In this document: in pieces, positions 12,174 through 25,780 of the stretch | Layout of the letters: each line of letters opens with the position of its first letter | Position numbering within the stretch: the stretch's first letter is position 1 | Origin: Octopus sinensis | Lineage: Eukaryota | Length of the DNA stretch: 64,000 nucleotides | Direction: 5' to 3' | NCBI RefSeq assembly: GCF_006345805.1 | Contig: NC_042999.1 | Span: 57,164,001-57,228,000, forward strand | Program-made: the position numbers and the translations under genes | The notes under the pieces: generated by a model | Databases searched by the model: none | Told to the model about the DNA's origin: nothing | What the model saw: the letters and a program-made list of their open reading frames with translations, nothing else

Positions 12174-12470
12174 GTGGAGGCACATGGCCTAGTGGTTAGA
12201 GCAGCGGACTCGTGGTAGAGGGATCGCGGGTTCGAATCCCAGACCGGGCGATGTGTGTGTTTATGAGTGAAACACCTAAGCTCCTTGCAGCTCCGGCAGA
12301 AGGTAATGGCGAACTTTGGCTGACTCTTTCGCCACAACTTTCACTCTTTCCTCCTGCATCTTGCTGCTCACCTGCGATGGACTGGTGTCCTGTCCAGGTG
12401 GGTAATCTATACGCCAAGGAAACCGGCCCTTATGAGCCAGGCATGGCTCGAGAAGGAACAAACAACAACA
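12174..12470 (+). mobile_element. tRNA-derived SINE (resembles octopus OR-type, from memory)
   Basis: A box TGGCCTAGTGG, B box GGTTCGAATCC, (AAC)n tail, 13-bp TSD CAAGGTTGACTTT at 12160-12172 and 12469-12481. Confidence 0.9.
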
Positions 12471-13952
12471 AGGTTGACTTTGGCCTTTCGTCCTTTCGGG
12501 GTTGAAAAAACTAGTAGTTGAGCCCTGAGACTTTGATGTTATCATCTTACTACTCATCTAAAATTGCTGGCCTCATGCCAAATTTTGAACTTATTATATA
12601 TGTACAGCTTATTTGAAATCCCAGTGAATGATGATGATGATGATGATCATCATCATCATCATGGTTATAGTGATAATAATAATGATGGTGTAACGTTGAA
12701 GATGCTGGTTTAAAAAATCATGTAGAGTAACCATGATTGTCACGCGAAGCACCCCAATACAAAATAGTCAAACTGCATTTGTAGTGCATTCCACATGCTA
12801 TTTCCCCATGCTACACTCTCAAAAATGTCATACCCAGGCTGTCATACCACAACCCACACAATGTACCCTGACTACCACATTGTTCAGTCCCACACACTAT
12901 GTCCAAACTGCCACACTACATTGCTCATAACTACTACCACTACTACTACTGCTGTTGTTGTTGTTGTTGTTATTAAACAACAAGACAGGTAAGGGTGATT
13001 AGGTGATGGTCTAGGGCTTAGGGGCAGGAGACCCCAAACCTTGGAAAAAAATTTTGGTCGTCTTGTAGTCGAGGGCTCTTTGTTGACGCCCGACACCACT
13101 AGGAGTTGGCCCTCGAAGTCGCTGGAAATGGAGATCTCCAGGTTCAATTTCTTGAAAGGCATGCTGCTGCTGCCACTACTACTACTGCTACTACTACTAC
13201 TCCATCACACACAATCAAACACTGATATGACAGACTGAAGTATGACACATCCTATGAGTTGGATTAATGGACCACACTTCCTGACATGGAATTAGCTATC
13301 TTTATTGCACAAAAAATTCTGAAGCAAAGCTAACAGGAGCTTGTAAACATCACTTTATAAAGCAATGTGTTCCAGAGCAGAGAATATTCTGAAATGAGAA
13401 GAGAATTAAATCATTTATGTCTATTTTCTTAATATTTAACACAAAATTCTCAGCCACACAAAACTAATTACTAAAGACTGTATAATGACCCAAAGGACAG
13501 ATTCATTGTTGTTCTCACATAATAAATGCTATCAGTAGGTTAGTTCAAGGTTCATTTTCTTCCTTATAAAGTGTTAAAGCAATTACAGTAGCTTTCCTTT
13601 ATAGCACGAGAATATTGCTATGGCAACTAGTGCTTTTGATGAGGAATTTTTAAACAAGCCAAACTACTAATGACGAATTCCATGGCAAAATGTAGAAGTG
13701 ATAAAAGATGGCTACAGGAAAACTTTTGAGTTAAAACCAGCTGTCAGTATCAGCGAGTTGGCAGATAATTAAATCATTGTTAGTAAATTACCTTTAAATT
13801 ACAATATGCTTACAGGAAGCTGTAGTGTTGTTAATCAGGCAGGTATTTTTTTTTTTTGTGGTGATTGAAATGTCATCTACCAAGATATTTGTGTGTCTAG
13901 CCAGAGAATTGCTCTTGATGTTGGAGCAGTATCCTATTAGAAGAGGTCTTAC

Positions 13953-13995
13953 TTGAGTTTTGAAGAGAGTAAACAACTGTTTAGGATAGTGCTCT
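13953..13995 (-). CDS. Candidate internal exon
   Basis: Good donor CAA/GTAAGA but weak acceptor; encodes EHYPKQLFTLFKTQ and is phase-compatible with neighbouring candidates. Confidence 0.22.
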
Positions 13996-14054
13996 CTGTG
14001 TGCCACCAGCACATACATTTATGTATATATATATATATTTATATATATATATAT

Positions 14055-14188
14055 ATAGAAACTGTAGAAACACTGCCAGATCAGACTGGAGCCTGGTGCA
14101 GCTTTCTGGCTTCCCAGATCCCCGGTCGAACCGTCCAACCCATGCTAGCATGGAGAATGGACATTAAACGATGATGATGATGATGATG

Positions 14189-14190
<2 letters not shown>
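14055..14190 (+). mobile_element. RTE-tail short element
   Basis: tagaaacactgccagatcagactgg...ccaacccatgctagcatgg...(GAT)n after (TA)n. Confidence 0.75.
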
Positions 14191-14270
<80 letters not shown>

Positions 14271-15161
14271 TATATATATATATATAAATACATATATATA
14301 TATATAATATATGGTGGCCTTCTTTCAGTTTCCATCTATTAAATCCACTAACAATGTCTGGGGCTATAGTAGAAAACTTTGCCCCAGATGCCATACTGTT
14401 GGAATGAACCCAAAGCTACTTGGTTAGAAAGTATGCTTCTCAACCACACAGCCATTCCTACACCTATTGATTAACCTTATACAGAATATAATCCTTTCTG
14501 TCCTTCTACATGCATAAATCAGCACTGGTGCACATGTTGCCATTTGAGACATGCATAGTGCATAAATGCATATATTTCCAGTAGGAGCACCTGTAGATAA
14601 GAAACCAGTAAATCAAACTTCTTTAACCTAAGAAGAAGCTGGGGTTGATTTTAAATGTTCTATATACACCAGAGAAACACCTGACATGTATTACAATTTA
14701 AGAGAAGTGTCATCCATCACTTGCAGATTTTAAATGGGTTAATCAATGGTTAATTGCAATTATGTGTGTAAGGTTACAAAGCAAACGTATGTAACTTGAT
14801 GCAGAACAAATATCTCAACGAGCTCAGTGGTGCACTGTTTTTTTCTTTTTTTGCTTTCCCACAGATGTTTATGTTCTTAGTCAATGTATATTGGAAAAAA
14901 GATACATACACACACTTACTCTCTCATATACCTTTCATATACACCACATAAACACAACAGGCTTCCATATAATTTTTATCTGCTAAATTGCTTTCACAGA
15001 AATTTAATCACTGTAAGGCTATGACAGAAAACGTTTGTCCAAAATACTGCACAACAGTATTAAATCTGAAACCACATGGTTGTGGAGAAAATGTCTTAAC
15101 CAGACTAACAGATAAACAAAAGACAAAAATGCAATATTATATTTCTGTTATACATATGTGT

Positions 15162-15425
15162 GTGGAGGCACATGGCTTAGTAGTTAGGGTGTCAGCATCA
15201 TGATCATGAGATTGTGGTTTCGATTCCTGGACCGGGCGACGCGTTGTATTCTTGAGCAAAACAATTCATTTCATGTTGCTCCAGTCCATTCAGCTTGCAA
15301 AAATGAGTAACGCTGCGATAGACTGGCGTCTGTCCAGCTGGGGAACACATATGTCACAGAAACCGGGAAACCGGGCCCATGAGCCTGGCTAGGCTTTCAA
15401 AGGGTGCATTTATTTATTTTTATTT
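15162..15425 (+). mobile_element. tRNA-derived SINE
   Basis: tRNA-like head gtggaggcacatggcttagtagttagg...ggtttcgattcc; ~15-bp TSD TATACATATGTGTGT. Confidence 0.85.
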
Positions 15426-15774
15426 ATACATATGTGTGTGTATATGTGTGAGCACAGATATGCACACGTGTATGTGCATGTGTGTGTGCGTCAGTGTGTG
15501 TGTGTGATGCATAGCACAGCATAAATCAAGAGAACTGAAATGTCGTAGAATGTGTTTATATCTTTCTTATTATACCCAAAGTGAAGCTTTCTAATATTTT
15601 CACATATAAATATATGCATACAACATGCTTCTTTCATTTTCCACCTACCATATTCATTTACTCCTAAGGTTCTTGCCAAGCTAAGAGGCTATAGTAAAAG
15701 ACATTTGCCTGAGGTGTCATACAGTAAGACTAAACACAAAATTACTTGGTTGTAAAGAACCCACAAGTACTAAT

Positions 15775-16180
15775 CCAGGCCAACTCGAATTACATTGCGG
15801 GCCACTTTAATCACAGAAAGCTTTTTGGGGGCCGCTTGTATACTGACAGAACTGAAAGCATTTTGCTTTCTCATGCTATTATTACAATAATGAGTGAATG
15901 ATCGTTGATTCAACATGAAATATTATCATGGCACAGACTGTAGTATCTTTCTCTTTTACTTTTCATTACAATCTTTATATATCTTTCGTTCCAGCACACA
16001 ACCTCAGATCAGGTTACTTGCTATGCAAGTACATCTCCATAATTACAATCTTTAATTACTGATAAAATCTTTAAAATGTTTGTTTAAATAAAACCATTTC
16101 AAGAAAGTATCCAACAGGTTGCAAGATAAAAGTCTGTGGGCCACATGTGGCCCGTAAGCGTCAGGTTGGCCAGCCCTGGA
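15775..16180. mobile_element. Possible hAT-like non-autonomous element
   Basis: Right end gggccacatgtggccc...ggttggccagccctgg and left end ccaggccaactc...gcgggccac resemble hAT MITE termini; TSD not confirmed. Confidence 0.33.
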
Positions 16181-16274
16181 CTAAACAGATAAAAATTTTT
16201 GAAAAAACTTGGTTCCAAAAAAGAGAATGAAGAGTTATAAAGCTGTTGCATTGAATGTTGGATGGGTTTTTTTA

Positions 16275-16581
16275 TTGACCTTTTTACCTTTTTAAGTGTT
16301 TCAGTCATTAGACTGGCCATGCTGGAACACTACCTTGGAGAATTTTAATTGAACAAATTGACTTCAGTACGTTTTATGTTTTTGTAAAGTCTGGTACTAT
16401 CAGTTTCTCTTGCCAAACTGCTAAGTTGCAGGAATGTAAACACACCAGCACCAGTTGTCAAGCAATAGTGGGGGACAAACACATACACAGACACACACAC
16501 ATATGTGTGTGTGTGCGTGTGTGTGTGCGTGTGTTTTTGTGTGTGCGTGTGTGTGTGTGTGCATGTGTGTGTGTGTGTGTG

Positions 16582-16613
<32 letters not shown>

Positions 16614-16797
16614 CGTGTGTGTGAGACAGGCTTCTTTCAGTTCCATTCTACCACAAATCCATTCACAAGTCTTTGAGTGGCCTGAGGCTATAGTAAAAGA
16701 CACTCATCCAAGGTACCACACAGTGGAACTGAACCTGGAACAACCATGTAGTTAGGAAACAAACTTACTTCTTACTACACAACCACGCCTGTGCCTG
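16275..16797 (-). mobile_element. SINE (octopus OK-like) with internal (TG)n
   Basis: Reverse copy of the family seen at 19655-20025. Confidence 0.75.
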
Positions 16798-17345
16798 TTT
16801 CTTTCTTTTTGTTTTTGTTTATTCTAAATTAACAAGTGTTGAGTGGAGAGAAGGAAATTGTGTAAGTTAACTTTTTGGAGTTTGTTAGAAAAAAAAATTA
16901 AAGTCTTGAATATACTGTTTAGTTGAGGATCTTAGAGAGTAGGTGACAGCAGGCTGACTAGAAAAGATAAACATTTATCTCTTTACCCTCTGATCCATCA
17001 ACATTTAGATAACATACCAACATTTTAGATAACATAACCCAAATCATTTCCTAGATTTGAAAGAAGAAATACAAAAAGAAAGAAAGAGAGAAAGTGAAAA
17101 AGAAACAAAGCAAGTTGCTCATCTCAGATTTCTTAAATGTACTTATCAATGGATACTTTGTTTTAGGAAGAAATAATTGAAACCTCTCACTCACGAGGGC
17201 GTGGGGAGAAAGGGAGAAAGAGAGAGAGAGAGAAGGAAATACATAGTCACAAATAACACATTTTTCTGTGTATATTGGAAAAGAAAATGAGGAAGAATTT
17301 TGTGGGGTTTTTTTTTCATAAAGATACCAGCTGTTCCTGTCATAC

Positions 17346-17420
17346 TCAATCAGCTTCTTGATAGAAGTTAAACGAGTAAGTTTAACTTCTTTTAAGTTCT
17401 GTAGACTAGACATGATATTT
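17346..17420 (-). CDS. Candidate internal exon (alternative donor would extend it to 17328)
   Basis: Branch point TACTAAC then ttattattatcAG acceptor; only one frame open, NIMSSLQNLKEVKLTRLTSIKKLI; donor GA/GTATGA. Confidence 0.5.
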
Positions 17421-17989
17421 CTGATAATAATAAGTTAGTACACACAGACATAACAAAATAACAGTTGTATTGCAGTATTTGTTGTTATTTTAATTGTTTT
17501 GCACCACATTAAATAACTCTACTGCCTTTGCTATTTAGCCCCAGGTCGACTCTGATCAAAGGCACCGCAGCCATGACCCACTCCATCTTTTGGACTATAT
17601 CTTGGACTACATTACCTGAGATGTTGTTTCCTTATTTGAAATACTAGAATGTGATATGAGGGAGATCTGACTGCTATTTATAGCAAGTCAGGTGACTTTG
17701 CAAATCTCTCTCAAAGTAATTCTGTAATTAAATTACAGGGAGACATGACAGTCTTATAGATGCAGACATAGCTCACTTTGCAGCCATGCGTCTTTGGGTT
17801 CAGTCCTATGGTACAGCACCTTGGGCATGTGCCTTCTACTATAGCCCCAGACAAACCAGTGCCTTATAACTGAAGTTTGAAGATGGAAACTGTGTACAAG
17901 CCTGTCATATATGTATATGTGTATATATATATATACAATATCAAGTACTCACCCCGAATTTACAATTATCAAGTACTCACCCCGAATTT

Positions 17990-18003
17990 ATATATATATA
18001 TAG

Positions 18004-18046
<43 letters not shown>

Positions 18047-18064
18047 TGTATATTATATGTATAT

Positions 18065-18146
<82 letters not shown>

Positions 18147-18181
18147 GTATATTATATATATTATGTGGGTGTGTGTATATA

Positions 18182-18230
<49 letters not shown>

Positions 18231-18255
18231 GTGTGTGTGTGTATATATATATATA

Positions 18256-18303
<48 letters not shown>

Positions 18304-18323
18304 TATATATATGTGTGTGTGTG

Positions 18324-18382
<59 letters not shown>

Positions 18383-18397
18383 ATATATATATATATA
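17990..18397. repeat. (TA)n microsatellite with G interruptions
   Basis: Visible directly. Confidence 0.97.
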
Positions 18398-18615
18398 TCA
18401 ACAATCAAGGAACGGCCATAATAGGCCATTCACCCACTAGAAATAACAGCCAAAGCTTCAACCGCAAAATAACATTAATTCCGCAAACCAGGAGAAAATT
18501 AAAAAACATTTACCCTGTATCCTGGTTTGCGGAATTAATGTTATTTTGCGGTTGAAGCTTTGGCTGTTATTTCTAGTGGGTGAATGGCCTATTATGGCCG
18601 TTCCTTGATTGTTGA
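18398..18615. repeat. Perfect palindrome, 96-bp arms, 26-nt spacer
   Basis: 18398-18493 is the exact reverse complement of 18520-18615 (checked by eye). Confidence 0.95.
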
Positions 18616-18737
18616 TGTTGAACTTATAAATGGTCTATGACTATTTAATTTTTTCCCACTAGGCCGCTGGTGGCAAAAAAATTCTACAAAATTTTTTGCC
18701 ACCCTATATTGATTATATATATATATATATATATATA

Positions 18738-19225
18738 TTCGTTTATTCTTTTGTTTCAATCATTTGACTGCAGCCATGCTAAAGCATCACCTTTAGTCGA
18801 ACAAATCGACCCCAGGATTTATTCTTTGTAAGCCTAATACTTATTCTATTGGTCTCTTTTGCCACACTGCTAAGTTACGGGGACATAAACACACCAATAT
18901 CAGTTGTTAAGTGATGGTGGGGGGACAAACATGACACACAAATGCATACATACATACATACATTCATACATACATACATACACACATTGAGTCGAAACAG
19001 GGGCAGTTGAAGAAGGTGAATGTCCCTTGTGTTGTTTGTCTTGTAATCTGTTTTTTTTGTTGTTAAAAAAAGTCTGTTTCCTTGTTTGGTTTTATGTTTT
19101 CGTTTCTCGTTGTGTTCTACGTTTATTTGTGGTGTCCTGTACTCATATATGCATGTATATATACATATAGATGTAGGTATGTACATATATGCATGTATGT
19201 ATGCATATGTTTTATTTATTAAATT

Positions 19226-19263
<38 letters not shown>

Positions 19264-19400
19264 TATATATACGACAGGCTTCTTTCAGTTTCTAGCTACC
19301 AAATCCACTTACAAGACTTTGGTTGGCCTGAGGCTATAGTGGGAAGCACTTGCCCAAGGTGCTACCCTGTGGTTGGGATGCAAGCTTACTTGAGTAAGCA
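18738..19400 (-). mobile_element. OK-like SINE with an expanded internal region carrying another repeat
   Basis: Both SINE halves present; the 18992-19215 repeat sits inside its microsatellite. Confidence 0.7.
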
Positions 19401-19654
19401 CATAGATGTGAAAGGTGGGACAAAATAGTACTCGAATATTGGAGGCAGTGTAATATGCTTTATTATAAATGCTGCAAAAACATCACAAAAATATCACAAA
19501 AAATTGCTACTCAGAGTTTCATGTTCCCATTCATCGGACAATGCATATGTATGTATGTATGTATGTATGTACGTATGTGTGTATGTATATATGTATGTAC
19601 GTATGTGTGTATGTATGTATGCATGCATGCATGTATCTACTTGCCTTTAGTATC

Positions 19655-20025
19655 TGTGTGGTAAGTAGCTTGCCTACCAACCACATGGTTCTGGGTTCAG
19701 TCCCACTGTGTGGCACCTTGGGCAAGTGTTTTCTACTATTGCCTCGGGCCGACCAAAGCCTTGTGAGTGGATTTCGTAGACAGAAATTGAAAGAAGCCCG
19801 TCGTACATATGTGTGTGTATGTGTGTGTGTGTGTGTTTATCCCCCCAACATTGCTTGACAACCGATGCTGGTGTGTTTACGTCCCCGTAACTTAGCAGTT
19901 CAGCAAAAGAGACCGATAGAATAAGTACTAGGCTTACAAAGAATAAGTCCTGGGGTCGATTTGCTCGACTAAAGACGGTGCTCCAGCATTGCCGCTGTCA
20001 AATGACTGAAACAAGTAAAAGAGTA
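19655..20025 (+). mobile_element. SINE (octopus OK-like)
   Basis: tRNA-like head gtgtggtaagtagcttg...gggttcagtccc, central tgggcaagtgt.ttctacta, internal microsatellite, tail gactgaaacaagtaaaagagtaa. Confidence 0.88.
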
Positions 20026-20871
20026 ATTCGCGCATATATGAAAGTATATGTTTGATTATAATGTGTGTAAGTATATATGTATCTACACGAATGCATGTAT
20101 ATATATATGTATATGTACATGTGTGTCTATGTATGAGGGGAAGTCAAAAATTATCTGCACTTTTGCCAAAGCATAACTTTATTATTGTCACTCTGCCTTC
20201 TATGCATGCATGCTTATAGTTGGTACTATTATTCTCTCTTCTATAGGCACAAGGCCTGAAATTTTAATTTATTATTACTATACATAAAAGCTTCTGATGA
20301 ATTTCAGTATGAGTATCTCTATGTATATGTATGTATGCGTATGTATGTATATACATGTGCAAATCTATTTGTATGTATGCCAATGTGTATCTATATATAT
20401 ATATGTATGCATGTGTATGTGTTGAATATCATTATCATTGTTGTTTAATCTCTACTTTCCATGCTGGCATGTTGTTTAATCTCCACTTTCATGCTGGCGA
20501 TGATCTGACTGAGGGCTGGCAAGCCAGAAGGCTGCACAAAGCTCCAATCCAATCTGGCAAAGTTTCTAGAGCTGGATACCCTTCCTAACTCCAACCACTT
20601 GAATATACATATATATATGAACTGTTACTGTTTGTTAAAATTTAAGATCATTCACAGCCCATGGGTACAAAATTTATAAAACAAACTTACATATAAAACA
20701 AATTTACTTATATTCATTTATTTACCATTAATAATTAATCTATTCTGAGCATGCACGATCTCTTTTTCACTCAAGACTTTTTCCAATTCAAGATTTTCTT
20801 CGATTTTATTCAACACAATATTTATGTATTTTTATTTTCTATTTTTATAATTACTGTCTCAACTTGCATAC

Positions 20872-20919
20872 CTCCGAAAGGCCATTAGTGAAATCAAGCA
20901 ATCAATTTCAAATGTGTAT
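20872..20919 (-). CDS. Candidate internal exon
   Basis: ttgacAG acceptor, GAG/GTATGC donor, 48 nt, single open frame YTFEIDCLISLMAFR; joins the 17420 exon in frame (...AFRRNIMSS...). Confidence 0.45.
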
Positions 20920-21062
20920 CTGTCAATTTGAATCATATCAAAATATACATTATACGTACAATCACAATTTTTATTTCAATCTTGATCACAACTGCCCAAT
21001 GAATGGGAACATGAAACTCCTAGTACAGTTTTTTGTGATATTTTTGTGTTATTTTTGCAGCT

Positions 21063-21200
21063 TCAATAACATCATCATCATCATCATCATCATCATCGTT
21101 TAACGTCCGTTCTCCATGCTAGCATGGGTTGGACGGTTCGACCGGGGATCTGGGAAGCCAGAAGGTTGCACCAGGCTCCAGTCTTATCTGGCAATGTTTC
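21063..21200 (-). mobile_element. RTE-tail short element
   Basis: (ATC)n followed by the reverse RTE tail. Confidence 0.8.
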
Positions 21201-21244
<44 letters not shown>

Positions 21245-21329
21245 TGAGGGAATATTATTCCAAACTTACAGGGAAAAATTCAATTTAGAAATACTAAATC
21301 AAATTTCACAAAATATAATATATATATAT

Positions 21330-21497
21330 ATATATATATAAATTAGAAAAAAAAACATGCTTTATCAATTCAATAATGAAAAATTATCGATCTCTTAAAT
21401 TACCTATATAATATATAATTTTTCTAAATGGTATAATTTAATTTTTCATTATTGAATTGATAAAGGGTGGGTTTTTTTCTAATTTATATATATATAT
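21330..21497. repeat. Imperfect inverted repeat bounded by (TA)n
   Basis: aaattagaaaaaaaaac...tttatcaattcaataatgaaaaatta versus taatttttcattattgaattgataaa...gtttttttctaattt. Confidence 0.75.
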
Positions 21498-21509
21498 CCA
21501 TATATAGTA

Positions 21510-21577
<68 letters not shown>

Positions 21578-22334
21578 TGTATGCATATGTAAATGTATGT
21601 GCTTGTTACTCATCATTACTTCTTCACAGCTTGTGTTGGTTTGATTACATCCCTGTAACTTACCAGTTCAGCAAAAGGAACTGATAGAATAAATGCCAGA
21701 CTTAAAAGGAAAATAAGTACTGCAGTCAATTTCCTTGACTAAACCAGTTGAGATGGTATCCTAGCTTAGCCATAGTCCAGTGACTGAAACATGTAGGAGG
21801 TAGGAGACATACATCATGGAGACTTTTCATTCCATCACCTGTAGAATTTGTGGCTGTGTGTCTGTGTGTTGGGGTGGGTGGTAGGATGCTTATGCTAGAG
21901 ACAATTACTATGATGGCACTGGAACAACAGAATTATCAGAACATCAGAATAATACCTAGCATTTTTTTCTTCCAAAATTATACATTCTAGGTTAGATGCA
22001 GGTATGGGTGTCCGGTAAGAAGTTTGTTTCTCACCCATATGGTTCCAGGTTCAGTCTCACTGCAAGGCACTTTGGGTCTTCTACAATAGCTTTGGGTTGA
22101 CCAAAGCCTTGTGAACGGATTTTGCTGATCGAAATTGAAAGAAATCCATCATATATACATATTTTTGATGCAATTCGGTTTGTCTACTCTTGTCTTTTTG
22201 GGGTTTTTTCTATGGAAGAGTGTATGCTTGAAATGTAAAATACATTCCTTTTTATTTTTCGTGAGTGTAAACCTAAATATACACTGCTTGGTTTTTGACC
22301 TTGTCTCCTGTTCTTTTAAAAACATTTTGCACCA

Positions 22335-22453
<119 letters not shown>

Positions 22454-22469
22454 GTTTCATCGCTTTGAC

Positions 22470-22695
22470 ATTGGGTGATAGTTGTAAATGAGTGTCACCA
22501 TTTTGAAGCAGGGTCCTTCATTTCCGATCTTCCATGAAATAATGTCTGCTCATGGTGAAATATTACCTTATTTGAGAAACAGGTGAAGGATGGTTATCGA
22601 AACAGTATCCAGCTGCAGAAAATCTGTCTCAACAAATTCCATCTCACCCATGCAGGCATGGGAAAATGGTCATTAAAACTATACTGATGATGAGT
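22470..22695 (+). mobile_element. Decayed SINE-like repeat with RTE-like tail; related reverse copy near 37290-37500
   Basis: aaacaggtga...atccagctg.agaaaatctg.ctcaacaaattcc.tct.acccatgca.gcatgg.aaa shared between the copies. Confidence 0.5.
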
Positions 22696-22719
22696 TAGAT
22701 TCCATGCTTTTCATTTCTC

Positions 22720-23655
22720 AGAAGCTGATAAAATAAATAAAGTACCAACCAAGTAATGGGGTCAGCAGTGTTGACAGACCTCCAACCTCCTTCCCTAATT
22801 ACAGGCCTTGTGCCAATGTTTGAAACAGCAATGAGGGTGGTTGAGTGAAAGAACAGTTAAAGCATCAGACATATAATATCTTGTGGACTTTGTTCTAGCA
22901 ATTACATTCTCAGTTCAAAAATTCCAAAGTGAAGTTTGTCTGTCATCCTTCCAGGATCAATAAAATAAAGTACTGGTCATATGTTTGGGTTGATATATAT
23001 CAACTTAGGCTCCACCCTTCAAAATTTCTGGGCTTCCTGCCTAAATTAGAAAGCATTATTGTGTTTAAATCCTGCCCAGGTTAATTTTGCTGCTCCTCCT
23101 TTATGGGGTTGATAAAATATAGTACCAGTCAAGTACTGGAATTGATGTACTTGACTAATCCCACCCCCAAAACTTCAGGTCATGTGTCTTACATTTGAAA
23201 CAATAGTTATTATTATTATTATTATTATTATTATCTGGATGATGGATGACAGAATTGTTACATCATGTTTCTTATAATCAAAACAATAATAGTTATTATC
23301 ATTATCCTCTTCTTTCAATTTTGTTTTCATTTCTTACTGAGTGTCTTCCCGACACCTAGAGCTAAGAAACACACTGTACTGTATACATTGGTAGGCCATT
23401 ATTATTATTATTATAATTATTATTATTATTATTATTTCAATAGTGGATGGCAAAATTGTTAAAGCATCAGACAAAATATGTTACAACATTTTGTTCTGGT
23501 TCTTTACATTCTGAGTTCAAATCCCACCAAAGTCAACATCACTTTCCATCACTACAGAGTTAATAAAATAAAGTACAAATCGAGTTGTGAATTTGATGTC
23601 ATAGACTTATTCCCTCCCCACAAAATTGCCAACCTTGTACCAAAATTAGAAATTA
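22720..23655 (+). mobile_element. Cluster of decayed copies of a third SINE-like family
   Basis: Recurring tcatcc...gataaaataaagtac...ggggt.gat...gact...cc.cccc...aaa...ggcc.tgtgcc..aa.t.gaaa motif, about four times. Confidence 0.45.
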
Positions 23656-23868
23656 TTGTCAATGTATTTGACTTTTCTCAACTTGTCTCTTGTTTCAGTA
23701 AAGCATAAAAGATTCTGCCTTCTGTTTTTCCTGTGTGTAAGCCTTAATACACATTGTTTGATTTCACCTTATCTTCTATGTCTTTTTCCATTACTGAACC
23801 ATATGTGAGTAACATCTTTCTTTATTGAATTGTTTATTAGAGGTTTTTCTCTAAATTATATACATATA

Positions 23869-23905
<37 letters not shown>

Positions 23906-24859
23906 TCTATCAATCTATCTATCTTTATCTCTCTCTCCCTATCTATCTATCTGTATGTATGTATGTATGTATGTATGTATGTATGTATGTATGTATGTAT
24001 GTATGCATGCATGCATGCATGCATGTATATATGCATACTGGCAGGGAGGGAGAGAGAGAGAGAGACTGTATTACCTGTTTACAATTACTTTACTTAAGTT
24101 AGCACACAAGGGATTATTTCTACAAACCTTGGATATTTATATATTGAAGTATTTCTGAGAAGTCAACCACAGAATAATATGCTTTACATATTATCTGTTA
24201 GCCATGCATAATAATGTGACTTGCACAGGAAACCACACAATGGCTATAGTAAGGTTTGAAGTTATAACCATGTTATCATAAGATTACATGATCATGAATG
24301 AATCTCACAGATTCTATATCTTTTTTTTAAACATTGTGAAGAAATATAGATGTCTGGTTATTTTTCTCTCAAGTGAACTGATTTTAAAGAATGACTAATC
24401 AGATTATCATTTTTTTTTCTCCCAATTGTAAGATTTTCAAAAATGGTGTTTTGCAGATACAAAAATAAAAAAAACAAAAGCATAGATGAAAATGAATAAA
24501 AAGTGAAATTATCAATATACTATAGAAATAGGAAAAATAAAAGTTAAAATACATATCTACCATTCTGTCTTAGCAGTGGTATCCACTGAACACACACACA
24601 CACACAATCAAAAGTTCTAGTTAGATTAATTTTCAATTTTGTTCATATTTAACATTTCAATAGATGTAGTTATATGTCTAGAAATTTATCTGATCAAATA
24701 GATGCTTCAAATTTGATAAGAGTAATAGAGTTTGCTTTGACAAAGCAATAGATCAAATGCATATCAGTGAATGGTAGTAACCTGACTGAAATATAATAAA
24801 CTTATCTCACAACAGAATGACAGCAAATAATGTAATCCACAGTGTCTTTTATTCTTTTA

Positions 24860-25278
24860 TTCTTTTTCTTTTATTTGTTTCAGTCATTTGACTGCGGCCA
24901 TGCTGGGGCACCACCTTTTAGTCGAGCAAATCAACCCCAAGACTTATTCTTTGTAAGCCTTGTACTTATTCTATCAGTTTATCTTGCCGAACCACTAAGT
25001 CATGTGGTGCAAACACACCAGCATCGATTGTCAAGCGATGTTGGGGGTACAAACACAGACACACAAACATATACATACACACACACACACATACATACAT
25101 ATATATATATATATACGACGTGCTTCTTTCAGTTTCCATCTACCAAATCCACTCACAAGGCTTTGGTCGACCCGAGGCTATAGTAGAAAACACTTGCCCA
25201 AGGTGCCACGCAGTAGAACTGAACTCAGAACCATGTGGTTGGTAAGCAAGCTACTTACCACACAGCCACTCCTGCTCC
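24860..25278 (-). mobile_element. OK-like SINE
   Basis: Full reverse copy of the 19655 family. Confidence 0.85.
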
Positions 25279-25337
25279 TATATCACTTACTTTATTTATT
25301 CATTTATCTGTTTGTTTATTTATTTATTATGCATATA

Positions 25338-25502
25338 GGCACGGCTGTGTTGTTAAGATGTTTGCTTTGCGATCATGTAGTTTTGGATTCAATCCTACTG
25401 CAGGGCACCTTGGGCGAGTTTCATCTAATATAACTTCAGGCTTACCAAAACCTTGCGAGTGAATTTGATTGATGGAAACCAGCATTGTGGAAGCACTTTA
25501 TG

Positions 25503-25544
<42 letters not shown>

Positions 25545-25780
25545 TATGTCTGTGTTTGTGTTTGTCTCTTCACTACCACCACCACCACAGCTTGACAACT
25601 AACACTGATTTATCTACATTCCCATAACTTGGTTTTTTGGCAAAAGAGACCAATAGAATAAGTACCAGACTTTAAAAAATAAGTACTAGGGTCAATTTGT
25701 TTGGCTAAACTATTAAAAACGGTGCTCCAGCATGGCCTCAGTTCAATGACTGAAGCAAATAAAAAAATAAAGATCCAATA
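25338..25780 (+). mobile_element. OK-like SINE, diverged
   Basis: Head, internal (TA)n and tail recognisable. Confidence 0.7.

Noticed and set aside
12174-12255. tRNA gene
   Set aside because: The A and B boxes are the head of a SINE with body, tail and TSD; the same applies to the other tRNA-like heads.
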